Assembly: GCA_012026655.1 (NCBI GenBank)
Contig: JAAILG010002211.1
Span: forward strand, 1 to 56,881
From: Hydrolagus affinis
Lineage: Eukaryota
Direction: 5' to 3'
Length of the DNA: 56,881 bases
Shown: piece after piece, positions 35,252 to 47,661 of the stretch
Position numbering within the stretch: position 1 is the first letter of the stretch
How the letters are laid out: the number at the start of each line of letters is the position of its first letter
The notes under the pieces: generated by a model
Database searches by the model: none
Seen by the model: the letters and a program-made list of their open reading frames with translations, nothing else
What the model was told of the DNA's origin: nothing
Position numbers and translations under genes: made by a program

Positions 35252-37121
35252 GTATTTACACTGACACAAGTGTCCATTAAACAGTCATGCTGCTGGGGGT
35301 AAATCTCTGCCTTAATGTAGCACTGTACATACATCACACGTACACACACATCCACTGCACTGATCACAAGTGCAGCTCACTGACCAGTGGGTATTGGGGG
35401 AGAATCAGAAATCAGTCAAGGTTTCCTCCCCTCCTTGCTATCTGGAGGACCCACTGATGCAAGTGCTGGATGAGGATAGGGTTGGGGCCTGTGTCTAATG
35501 CTCCCTCTCCTCTCCCGCTGCCAAATAACCTGACCAGACAAGTTGCCAAGGTTGGCGCGTGAATTGTGGTCCTTTGAGTGAGTTAGTAGAGACTGCCATG
35601 CAATAGTTCTTCTGGAGCAGGGAAAAAGGCTGTAGTGCCTTTAGATGAATGGATTGGTGTTAGGGAAGAGACTTAAAAAACATGGTAGAGTATTTAGTTT
35701 CCGAGAGCTGCAGTGTTAATCCAGCGCTCAGTATTGAGGCCATTAGATGGTTGCAATGGAGGTTAGTTCAGCTAAACTCGCTGCGAATCCTTCCTCGCTG
35801 AGAGAACAATCATTGTCTTGCAGCAATTTGCCCTTTTCCCCCGTTTAGCAGAAACACTGAGTTTCCTGGCCAGTGAGGACATAACATGCTGTCCCCAGTG
35901 ATGAGCTCAGCCCAGCCTCGCTGTGGGGTGGCTGATGTCTCACTGATGTTGATTTCCGCCACATTTTTTTAAAACAATAATTTCAATCATTTCTGGCCTC
36001 CAGCGCTGGCCGACCTGAAGGCGTTGATTCCATTAAATTATACAATGGTTCTGGCTACTCACACAATGTCATAGCACCAGTGTGATAACACTTAGAAGGG
36101 AGCTATTTATCATTCTAATTGTCATCACTCAGGTGTTGCGTGTGACTCCTGAACCACTCACCTCCGCGCCAGCCCCATCCAATGACAGTGGAGCACTCCG
36201 CAGAGGAGCGACACCGGTGAGTCTCTGATTAATCTTTACCAAAATCCAGCGTTTAAAATTCGGCCCAGGCAGACCAGACCAGAACCATTGTATAAACATG
36301 TGGCCTCTACATGTTAGGCACATTCTCACATTGGGTTAGTCCAGGGCTGGTTTCACCAGTCAGTCTGGTCTGTCGCATCGCATGCTTTCAAACCCATTGT
36401 GAAATGTCATCACATCAGACACAGCCTTCACCCCCCTCCCACCACCACCCACAACCCCAGTATTTGCGACTGAGCTTTTGTGGGGATTAGCACAGAACGC
36501 TGGTTCCGAAGAACAATAGACAGTGAGTAAAAGATTAGATTATTCTACAGTAACCCAGTATTGAGAAGGCCTCCTCCCACCTGGCCATCCCCGGGTCAGC
36601 AGTGACTCCACGACAGGATTCGCTTTCTTATTTCATAATAATTCATATTGGAGTTGAGCAAAAAATTAAATGAGTGGAATTGAAAACAAAAACAAAAATT
36701 GTACATTTTTGGATAGTAGGTATGGGTGGGGGGATGGATGGGGGTGGGGAGGAGGGTGGGTGGTGAGTTAGGGGGGAGAAATAACAGTAGTTGGCGCCAA
36801 TTGCTATAAATTGATGCTTTGTTGTAACTGTACCAGTGACTCCAGAATCTAGACCAGTAACCCAGAAAAATAGTTTGATGATCCCTGAAATTACTTAGCT
36901 TTTCCGTTATACCTCAGGATGCAGCCATTTGCCCATTTTTGAACACATGGACGCATTCTGTGCGTTTGTAAATGTACAACACAATTTGAGTTTTCAAAGC
37001 AGCATAAATCAAATTCAGCACATGCAAATAATGTTCTTGTATTTTTTTCTCTCTCTCTCTCTGTCACTCTCCTTCCCTCCACTCCCCCCTCCCCACCCCC
37101 CACCCCTTCCCCTCTCTACAG

Positions 37122-37287
37122 ATTTTGGGTCTCTCACAAGGGAGTGTCAGTGACATGCTGTCTAGGCCGAAGCCTTGGAGTAAACTGACTCAGAAAGGCC
37201 GAGAACCCTTCATTCGGATGCAACTGTGGCTGAATGGTGAGCTAGGACAGAGTGTTCTCCCGTCCCAGGTTCAGCAACCAGGCCAAG
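37122..37287 (+). CDS. CUX1: CUX1 coding exon (~exon 19, 166 nt): C-terminal half of CUT repeat 2
   Basis: Boundaries cctctctacag|ATT TTG GGT ... GGC CAA G|gtaggt; peptide [43 protein letters not shown]. Confidence 0.96.
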
Positions 37288-39234
37288 GTAGGTCAGAGAC
37301 TGAATAGTAAAGCATTCTTCAGGAAATATTGCTCCGCTTATGAACAGAAGTGTAGTGCGGCACTGTTACAATGCAATGTTTCCTTCCATAAAATCTCAAC
37401 CCGCGTTACAGAGACGTTTGATGGTGGGATTAACTTTACAAACATGCAACCTGCACAAAATGTTGTTGTCCACAGAAAAGGAAAAAAATAGGCTGACATC
37501 TGGGTTATTGGGTCACTGCTAACATCACTTCCTGTTCAATGTGCAAAGTAACAGTGATGTTGGCAGCGACAGATTTTCTTTAATGCAGGAAGCAAAAGTT
37601 TTCCAGACCACTGTTGACCAGGGAACGTTTTGCATGCGAGCAGTAAAGCAGTAACTGATGTTGATGCAGGTGTAATGAATCATTTTGACAGTTTGACCAT
37701 TTTGACCATGAAAAGAGTGTGAGGAAGCGAGCAGCCTGGTTCTCCCCGCGCAGTGAATGGGGTTCATGTAGCATATAGTGAACTGCTTTCACACGTCTGC
37801 ACTGTTGTCAGCAGCCTGTCCTGCCTGGGCTGCAATGTAACCCACTTCATGTTGAACACAATCATCTTTAGAATATTGTCAGCAGTAGGTGTGGCTACAC
37901 TGGATTCACAGGAACATGAGGGATCATCAGGTGCCTTCAGAGCATTGCTTTCATTGCTTGTTTATAAGTGGAATTCCCATTATAACTCACATCGCAGTGT
38001 TAGCACACAGGGGACCCTGTTTGAGAACGTTGTTAAACATCGGGTGGCATCTCCTCTGGGAATCTTGTTCAGACGTTGATGGAACTTACTGTGTGTGGGT
38101 AGTGTGCACTTGTTAGCATGTCATAGCTGGTTTGAATGCCTTGGGACTTCCTCCCGACGTGAAAGGTGCTCTATAATTGAAATGTTGTTGTTGTTGTTGA
38201 ATGGCTCTCACTTCTCAGACATGAAGTACCTTTTGGTATAGTTATTCTTGTCTCATTGGAAGGTTTGTTCTCATTTTCACTTTAATTTCTTGGGAATCTT
38301 TACCCAAAATGCTGAACACAAATAAAACATTCACAGTCACCTCAACACTGTGACCCATGCCTATTCTTCAATAGAAATCCGGAATGCCTACCTACACCTC
38401 CTTCAAACTGCAATGGACAACTGACTGCAGTCACTTTACAGTTCGAATATGTCCACAATTCAGTATATAAAATCAACACTGATCCCGTCTTAGGAAAGCT
38501 GTAAATCTGGTTCACACAAAACTCCAAACAAGTTTTTATGAATAGTTCAGGGCCTATTTGGCTTTGCCATTCTTTGTAAACCTCAACAAGGTCTTATGAA
38601 ATACTGAGCCAAATAGAGAAACTATTGTCTGCTTGTCTATTGGGATTGTTAAAATAAAACCTTATTGTGGCAGCAGGGACAGAGCTTTCTGCTAAACAAG
38701 GACGGAAGTTTGGCTGGTGTACTTTTCCTCATCGCTCACCATGTACTGTTCGGTGGCTGACATGGTGATGTGATCCTTCCCGGCTGCTCTCTAACCAGCT
38801 GTTAGACATGTCAAAGCGGCTCAAAGCCACTCCCTCCCGTGTTGCAGGGATGTGCCAGAGAGTTGTTACACGAGAGATTGTGGCTATAAGGCCATCCTCT
38901 GTCAATCGACAGTGTCCTGACTGTTAACAGCAGCCAGCCCAGACTCCCTCCCTCCCCAACCAACAACAGTAACAAGTTACCCCCCCTTGGCACAATCTAC
39001 ACAGGTGATTCATCTCCAAGATAATTAATTCAAAGCCGTAGCTTTTAGTATAAAGGAATTGCTATAATGAAGACATTGGGAATGTTTTGTTAGTGAATGA
39101 AATAGAAATCATACAGGAAATGCTTGTGCAGTTGATTACTGGTTAGCGTTGAAGGCTCGGCTTGAGTTTGTGGACATTGTGGAGCAGGTGCAATTCACTT
39201 GTGCATCTCTTTTTTATTGGGGGTAATAATTTCT

Positions 39235-39395
39235 TCAACAAAATAAACTTGGTCAGTTCAGTCCACGGCTGTATGTGGAACACTGCTGCCCGCAATTGTC
39301 TGCCACGTTTCTCCCACAATATTCACCTTACTGTGTATTCTGTGAAGTGCATTGAGATGACTCAAAGATGTGGTCAAATGCAAGGATTATGAATT
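39235..39395 (+). mobile_element. SINE 3' fragment
   Basis: tccacggctgtatgtggaacactgctg...caaatgcaaggattatg. Confidence 0.7.
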
Positions 39396-40754
39396 ATCAT
39401 TGTGCGTGGGCATAGCTCACAGGCATAGCTCACAGGCAGTAAACTGATGGTAGCACCTGGCACTGGACATACATTGAGATGCTGAGCATCCCCCATTAAT
39501 ACACTGGTCTGGTTGCACTGTTATGGACAGCCTGCCTGCTGGCCACTCTCAGGATTAATATTGCAACATGAATTAATATAATGGTACAGAATTAATATGA
39601 CTAAATTATTACATTTTTACTACTTTGTCATCAATTATCAAATAAAGATCAACCTTTTTTCCCCCACAAAATGATATTGTTTTGCAGCAAAACAAATGGG
39701 TTTGTCTGACAAGCTGCTCACTGTGATTTAGTGCCAAATTGGTTCAAATACTGGTGGGGATTAGTCCTACTGATCACCATTAAGTAATTGGGTTTGAATG
39801 CCGCCATTTGTTTTGATGTGGGGGGAGTTTACAGCGAGATGTGTGTGAGGGACAAGGCTGCGATGATGAATGTGGAGACAGCACTCTTGTTAACAAACGT
39901 TGGTTTGCAGGAGCCAAGTGACATTCCTTCGTTGCCGCACGCTTTTCAGCCGTGCGCTGTGTATCTGTGTTATTTGAGCTTGTCAGTGAACCGCACCGTG
40001 ACCCGCGTGAACTCAATTTTAAGATGCAGCTGCAGTGACCCACAGGGAGTCTGAATTTTATGTTTGTTTAGTTCGTCCCCTGATATAATTCTCCATTCCT
40101 CTGTGAGTGAACACCGCGCTGCCTGGTAATGGCAATGCCCAGAGGAGCAGTGGAAGCATTAACACAGCAGAAAGTGCCTAATTAGAATTGGTATTGTTAA
40201 CGGCATAGGTATTACTCTGAATAATTTGTCTCGCTTTAGGGATTCATAAAACTTAATCCCTTTTTAATAAAAGCAGAAGATCCTCCATTTTAAGTATGAA
40301 GGGCTTTACTATCTGATATTAGACAGGACAAAATTAATCTTTACTTTTACTCCGGGCCAAAGTAACACAAGAAAAACTTGAATAAAAGCAGCAGCGGTGG
40401 CAGCCGAAGAGACTGGAGACACATTGGTCATGTTGGCAGGAACCAAAGCATTTAGCATGCGGATCTCACAGAAGGTTTCAGGATTGTCAATGGCTTGATA
40501 GATCAATACACAGTCTGCCGGTCAGTCCCAGTTTGTTTTCTATAGTGTAAATGGGGAACTGCCTCAGCACAGCTAACTGGCTGTTGAGATCAAGTCCATG
40601 GTAACGTTTGAAGAAAATTGGATCAATAATTTAGGAAAAATATTATACAGTTTGGGGAATGATCAGTGGGGTGGGATTAAAGGATATAACATCAGTGAGG
40701 GAGCTCTAAACAGTAGTTACAATGGTATCCTGTATATTTTCTGTGATTCTAATA

Positions 40755-40935
40755 ATATAAATAATAATAATAATCCTTGCATTTAACAAAACACCTTATT
40801 ACATAAGGCGTTTCAAAGCGCTTCACAGCATATACTGCAAAGTGTAGTGACTGTCTATTTTGCAGGCAAGACGCGGCAGCCAATTGTGCACAGTAGCGTC
40901 CCACAAACAGCCATGGATAAAGCAATTAAATTATT
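40755..40935 (-). mobile_element. SINE 3' fragment
   Basis: ataataataatccttgcattt...acgcggcagccaattgtgcacagtagcgtcccacaaacag. Confidence 0.8.
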
Positions 40936-43900
40936 CGTATTTTTAAAAAAAACTGTGCGGGGATGACGGGTGTAGGAAAGATACACAAACCTCATGACGG
41001 AAGGGAGAGAGAGCACACACAGATTCGGTATCTTTTTCCAATAAATCATAGAGGCTACTCTTGTATTCCAAGTGTTGATTCTTTGAATACCTTTAACCTC
41101 ATCAGTGACTTTTTGAAATCATTCCAAAACAATCTCTCCTTCCACCTTTACTGTAAATGCCCGGAGAGGGTTTGCTTTATGTGTCTGTGTTAACGGGTAA
41201 TAAATACACGCAAGAAACAGTGAGGAGATCGAATGCTTCCATCCCGTGTTGGGATTTTCTCCATTTGACACATTTTCTGGCTGACACTCGATTTCCCAGT
41301 AGAAACATGTTCAGTAATCATGTCACAGAGCGTGTGTGAGAACAGTGGTATGAAGCCCACTTCATGCTCTGGTTCTCTCTCACTCTCCACTCCCCACCCC
41401 GACCTTCAACCCTTTCAGCTTTGTGGCCCTGTGTGTGTGTGTGTGTGTGTGAGACAATGGTCAGGCACCTCATGTTGTGCTCTCAACCAGGTACAGTATT
41501 TGCCAACCTTAGCAAGATTGGAAACTGGTGCAGACACCACAGAGAGTTGACTTACGGAGGTACCTTCTGTCATAATGAATCGATGATTCATTTCTCACAT
41601 CACTATTTATAATGTTGCCATATTTGTCATTTTTGTAAAAACACCTTTTGATTTCAGTGTATACGAAACCTGCAGCCGTTTCCCAGAATGTGTGAGTTGC
41701 AGTAACTTTCCTAACTTGCTGGTTGTGTTTTGCACGGCTATGGGTGTGTCAGCACATCCCGGGCAGCCTCGGTTTGCGAGTTGAATTCGAAGCCGGTTGC
41801 GAGGCGCGGAGCTCGCTTCAGAGGTCGATGAGACAAATGGTTATTTCCTGTAAGCCGTCCTGGTTTTGGTGGAGTGAAGAATGCCGACATTGACTGCTCT
41901 GCCTGGAGGTGGCTGAGGTGGCCGAGTCCCTGGGGCAGAGAAAGATGTTATAATCAATTACCACATCATAACACTGATGCATGATAATTACTGAATGTTC
42001 CTCCAGAGATAGTGCAGCGTTTGGCTGGGCTGCCGTCCCTTTACGGTCGGCTGCCTGATTAATATGCAAATAATTGTCCGATTGTATGATGAGCGCAGGA
42101 GTAGCGTGTACTGATAATGTGCTCAGCGAAGCGCACAGATGATAAATTGCTTTTGCTCACTGCTGTTCTTGGGCTGCATAAAGTATCTTCATTTTATAAA
42201 TATTTTATCAAAATTAACTACTGCAGTGTTTTACTATGGTCTGTGAGGACAAATGTTGCCAGAAATGTTATGTAAATTCTATTGGCTTTGAAATGTAATA
42301 TCCCATGTGATAAACCAAAGCCATTGTTCTAATTTCACATGGGGGGTGACCTGATCAATGGTTTTATTGTTTGTTTTTAAATTTATCGTACTTGATTCAA
42401 TCCATCCTTGGGAAAGAAAAGAGGTTGGGGGTTTTCCCGCACAGTGTATATGGCTGACACTCGACAGTAAATCCAGCCACAGCTTCCGCAAGAACAATAG
42501 CCACTAGCCCAGCGGCCATCACACAAGCTTCCCATTCCTGTCACAATCTGTTCCACAAAGTCAGCAGGAATCACTGAGAAGAGGGGGGGTCTCATTATGA
42601 CCAGAGAAAAAGTTTTTTGGTGGCTTTTCATGGTAGGAGGTTCCGATGTCCAGTGGCTTTAAGCTGATCAGCTATCACTATCAGACTGTAACTCTGCCAC
42701 TGTTGGCAACTGAGGTGACTGACCCACGTGGCAACATTGTCCTGGAACGAGTGTAACCACAATGATTTGTTTTAAGGCTGCAGTGACCAGCTCTGGCACA
42801 TTGTATATAGCTTATAGCAAACAAAGCTGGTTTCATGTTATGCTCCAGGAGACCTTTGGAGGGTGGGGCGGGTCCTGTGAACACACACATACAGAGCACA
42901 AGCAAATCTCCTCACTCCAAACGTTCTGTGCTCACAGCAGCCAGGTTTGTTCCCAACGACTATCACTGGTCTCTTCAAAGGAATCCATTCAAAAGCCTTT
43001 CCAAAAATGTAGACTGTATATTAGGCTGTGACCTGAAGTCTGATTCATGGCACTCACTGTGTATGAATGTCCTTGTTGTGAGGCCTGGATGTATTGCGCC
43101 GTCTCTGGCTGGTTTGTATGGGGAGGATTGTGGTGGGGGCTTGGTATCATAGGTCTTAATTTAATAGTTTGACAAACAGTCCTTAAACACAAACCAAACA
43201 AATAGATTAGGTCCTGGCAGCAGTGAAGGATCAGAAAGCAGTTTGGGAGAGTAAAAAGCAGCATGTTTGCATGTTTCACCGCTGCCATTTTTATAAACAG
43301 AACAGTGATTATGTCTGGCAGCATATTGCTGAATGCTCTTCTGTTTCCTTATAATAATTCCTTTTTTTCCAAATGCGCATTGTGCCTTGTGGCATGCCAG
43401 CAGTAAAAATGTCAGTTGTAATAATTATTTCATGGTGAAAAATGCTTGCAGACATGGGCTTCTTCGAGCTGGGTTGTAATAATAGGAAATGACTTTATCC
43501 TGACTGTTCAAATAGGCAGAAAATGAAGACAGTCAAGTTTATTATAACGCGCTCATCTGCTGTTATCTGAGGGGGTTTATAAAGGGGAGGAAGGAACAAC
43601 AAAACCATATCCTGATGTCAGAACATCACTCATGCATCTCTGTTTACGTTGGAGCTGAAAATTCACATCAGATGTGACTTTTGCTGTTGATTTGCACTTA
43701 CAGTCCTGGCCCAGACACTGGGGACAAAGAGAATCAGCAACCAACAAAAGCCTTCTCCTTCCCAGCCCAGCTCTCAGCGGCTGCCGTCCGCACTCTCACA
43801 GAATCAAACGCCGCCACCTCATGCATTGGCTGCGGCAATCCCTGTGATAGTGTTTGGAATTGGGTTGAGCAGTGATTCAGAAACCGCTGGAAATGAAGCT

Positions 43901-45879
43901 GGAGCGCCACTGCAACCAGCGATTATTGGCTACAGCGAAGGCTTGGGAGCTTTCCAATGATGGTTAGAGGATAAGTGCACAGAGCAGAGGAAACACTGCA
44001 AAGACATTACGTTTTTAATGCAACATAGTCCTGATGCAGAGGAAACCATAAACACTGGATTTCCCTTTCCTCTGCTGTCCCCTCCACCCAGGAGAAAGTC
44101 TGGCCCCCACTCTCCTCTCCCCTTCCACTCCCCCACCTCAGGTTATAAACAGGACAGGGAAGTGAGTGTTCTTTGTCTTGATTATAACACAGACAAGATT
44201 CTCTTCTTTTAACCTTTCATTTTTTCTTTAATGGATGAATCAGGAAGGCACTTCACTGAAAGTAAATGATGTCAGAAAATCCAAAAGGAGGTGAGGTGAG
44301 GTATTGGATTGTACAGTGCAATCCCTTGGTCAGGGATTGTACAGTGCCAGCCTTATTGTAGAGAAGGGAATTAGTTTGATGCTTAAAACGTACTGTATGT
44401 TAGAGGGTCCTGGCGAGCCAATGGGAGAGTGAGAGTAGACTAGGTGACTCATGTGAAGAAAACTTGTAGTGGAGGCTGAATGGCCAGTGTCTGATGCTAC
44501 AATGTTCTGATTCTGTCAATGGTCATAATCAAACTTGTATTTGCTTCAATCTGCTAAAAATGAGGCCTCTGATAATGCAGACTGCAAGTGTCAGTGAGAT
44601 TCATTTCCGGTGTCAGCTACAGAGAGGAACTGGTCTGTCGATGAAAAATTGGAACTGAACAAGTCAGAAAAGTGCCCATTTATATCAGTAGCCAGCAGTC
44701 ACAGCTCTGACCTTGGTGGAGGTTAAAGGACATGGATGCGAGTAGGAATATCTTCATCATGCTGGAATTTATGCCATCTTTGACACCACCCGGTGAGGAA
44801 GATGGATGAGCTGCCAGTCTGTTGCCTCGCATGGGTGAACCAGCAGCACATTTGGCACAAAACTCTGGTGCAATGATTAAAAAAACAACATGCTTCAGCC
44901 ATGAGGGGCTCGAGTAGCTTCAGCACGTTACAGGGTAGAAGGTGTGGGGTTTTCCTCATGTCTTCAATTAAAATAGTGACGTGCTGCTGGCTGACCAGAA
45001 AATTGTTAGATTATTCCAGGGTCGAGGTAATAGCAGACTATCTGTGAGGTAACAGATTGTCAGGACAATACAAATCAATAAGCATTTAAGCAGCTCTGAT
45101 CACCTTTAGATTAAATAATCTTCTGCCTGTTTTGGTGCTGGGGGGTGTGGGGGCAGGGGTGAGGGGACAGTCTGTGTTGAGGTGCTTTTGTTTGTGAGAG
45201 CGTTGGCACCATGGTCTGAAACCGGAAATATCAATTTACAATCTTGTCATTCCTCTCCTCAATAATTATCGCTGGGTATGTGGCAAACCTAGTGTTCCTG
45301 AGTAACTGTCTGTCTTCACAGTGTGTGGGCTAAAGTGCTTCAAACACAAGGAACAAAAGATGCTCCATTAGCAGCGGTTAATAAACTATTTTAAACCACG
45401 TCACTTGTGTATATGTTCTGGAAAATCCCGTCTGCAATATGGTGAGCAACTGAAGATTAAAACACCTGAACTGGCTTCAGCACAGCAAGTCTCCTACACC
45501 GCAGGCGTTTTAAAGACCTAGGAAAGCATTAAGTCAAGTTCCTTCACTGGGATTTATATACTGTGAGGTAATAATGTGATGGAGTTTGGAGAGGCCCACC
45601 CACCAAATAAATCATCTGCGTCCATAAAAACGAGGTGTGCACTTGCAGAATGATTTGAGTACTGGTTCAGTGATACTTTAGCTAGTCTGCAGAATCCTTG
45701 TTTAAAGCTCTTTTCATTAGGAACATGATTAAGGCTGGAGGAAGAAAGCCTATTGTCCATCTGGCTCGTCTGATTTTCAGATCCTCTCTCTCCCCATCTC
45801 TTGTTCGCCCAATCAACAACAACAACAAATTACACTTACCTTTCATGTAGGGAGGACTTCCCCTTAGTTCTTAAAGGTG

Positions 45880-46437
45880 TTGGCCTAGCTCGATTAGTGT
45901 CAGCCTGAAACACAAGGTTGTGTGTTCAAGGCCTAAGTCAGGACTTCTAAGTTGATTGTATGTGCTGACACTGCTGTGCGAGGCTGGTGGAGTCTGGCAT
46001 TGTTGGAGGCTCTGTCCTTTGGATGCAACGCTAGCTAAAGCATGAAACAAAAACAGAAGTTGCTGGGTGAAAACTCAGCAGGTCAGGCAGTATCTATGGA
46101 GAAAGGAAAAGCGAGTCAACGTTTCGGGTCCACGACCCTTCGTCAGAACTGTTGTTGGTATGTTGGGAGCCAAGGCAAGATCCTGACTGCCTGGTCAGGT
46201 GGACATTAGCAATCTCATGGCATTACTGAAAGTGAAGGGAGTTTTTCCTGGTGTCTTAGCCAACAATCCCCCAGATAAAATGAATCATCACTTCAGGGTT
46301 ATTTATGGGGTGTTGCTGAGGGCAAATTACCCACGCCTTCTACAAATACAACTCACTGTACTTTACAGGAAATCTCCATGAAGCACTTTGAGATGTTTTG
46401 ATAGAAGGCGCTGTATTAGATGCAAGTATTATTCTTA
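45880..46437 (+). mobile_element. Older Deu-like SINE interrupted by a Penelope-like fragment (~46043-46150)
   Basis: aaggttgtgtgttcaag...gctgacactgctgtgc...ttgttggaggc...[insert]...atctcatggcattactgaa...tttcctggtgtcttagccaaca...gaagcactttgagatg...gcaagtattatt. Confidence 0.55.
46114..46150 (-). ncRNA. Minimal type I hammerhead ribozyme motif (Penelope-associated)
   Basis: Minus strand reads AGUU-CUGACGA-A-GGGUC(gug)GACCC-GAAA-CG-UU-GACU: catalytic core CUGANGA and GAAA, 5-bp stem II, 4-bp stem I, palindromic AACGUU stem III region and a GUU cleavage triplet. Confidence 0.7.
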
Positions 46438-47361
46438 TTTGGCCCATTCCCTCTAGGAGAATGAGCATTCCCCACCTGTTTCTATAAAATGACCTACTAT
46501 AGAAAGTAGCTACATGGAAACAATTAATTGGGGACCAAGGCAGGTTGTGCTAACCCTATTGATTTCCTGTTTGCTGAACAAGGGAAATGTTAAAGCTTTC
46601 ACCTTCAGTCACCTGAACACCAATCAGTGTGAGCTGTTATTTTGCTAATCTGTAGGTGACTGTGACTGGGTGTGTTGCAGTCTGGGTGGGCCGCAGTTGT
46701 CAGTAGTTTAGCTGGAAGGGTGGAGTACAAATAAGGGGATTCATGAGTAAATGAAACATACGTGGCCATTTACATGCATGGGTGGGTGTCGCCTGGCGGC
46801 ATCCTAGCTTCTTTGCAAAGTATTTTGAAACAATGGTTTTATTTCAAAGAAATATTTCAATCAATCTGCTTGTACCTTGGCAGTAATCCTAGTTTAGCCA
46901 CATGTCTGGGAGTCTGTCCTCACACAGTGTTTTGAGGTACTGTAACTGTGCGTACAGGAATCTGCTGATAAACCCCATCGTCACATCTCTGCCTACTGGA
47001 ATGGAGCAATTAACAGGGACATATGCGGAGGAAGGTTTTAAAGAGCAACAACAACAAAGTTACACTTGTATAGATAGCTCCTTTCATGTCAGGAGGACTT
47101 CCCAATGTGCTGGACAGTTACTGTTTCAGACCCGAGCTGAGACCGGGGTGGTGGGGGGGAGGGAGAGGAGGATTAGGAGTTGCCGATGGGTCACGGGGAT
47201 AAGAAGAGATGGCTTCTCATTCATTGTCCAGTGTCATCACAGCCACCCAGTTCTAGTGGACCTCTGTGGTTTTCTGGCTGTGTGGTTTGAGTGTTGGCGT
47301 CAGTCTGGGTTACAGTAACTCTCCGAGGGTTTGTACTGAAATCTTCATTCCTGTATTACAG

Positions 47362-47661
47362 AGATAACCCCAAAGACCTCAGCCAGTTGCAGCCCCGCTC
47401 CCGAGTCCCCGATCAGCTCCGCGGAGTCAGTGAAGAGTCTAGTGGAGCCGTCATCACAGGCGCCCCCAGCCTCCGAGGGCAGCAAGGACAACCCGCCAGA
47501 GGTCTGCGAGCCTCTCCCCGCTGACCCTCAGGCTCTGACAGCGCTGCCGTTTGCCGGCCAGTCAGCGCTCAGCATACAGGAGCTGGTCGCCATGTCTCCC
47601 GAACTCGATACTTACACCATCACCAAGAAGGTCAAGGAGGTGCTGACAGATAACAACTTGG
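47362..47661 (+). CDS. CUX1: CUX1 coding exon (~exon 21, 300 nt): (E)[16 protein letters not shown]...[30 protein letters not shown](G), start of CUT repeat 3
   Basis: Boundaries cctgtattacag|AG ATA ACC ... AAC TTG G|gtaagg; overlaps ORF 47430..47825. Confidence 0.95.

Noticed and set aside
38790-38920. Possible exon 20 equivalent (ccag acceptor; LQGC-like words)
   Set aside because: The phase-compatible frame has no similarity to the human peptide, there is no suitable GT donor, and it runs into a stop.
39409-39438. 13-bp tandem duplication ggcatagctcaca, and short (CT)n/(TG)n tracts at ~2530, 19329, 41430, 50660 and 51913
   Set aside because: Ordinary slippage repeats with no further signal.
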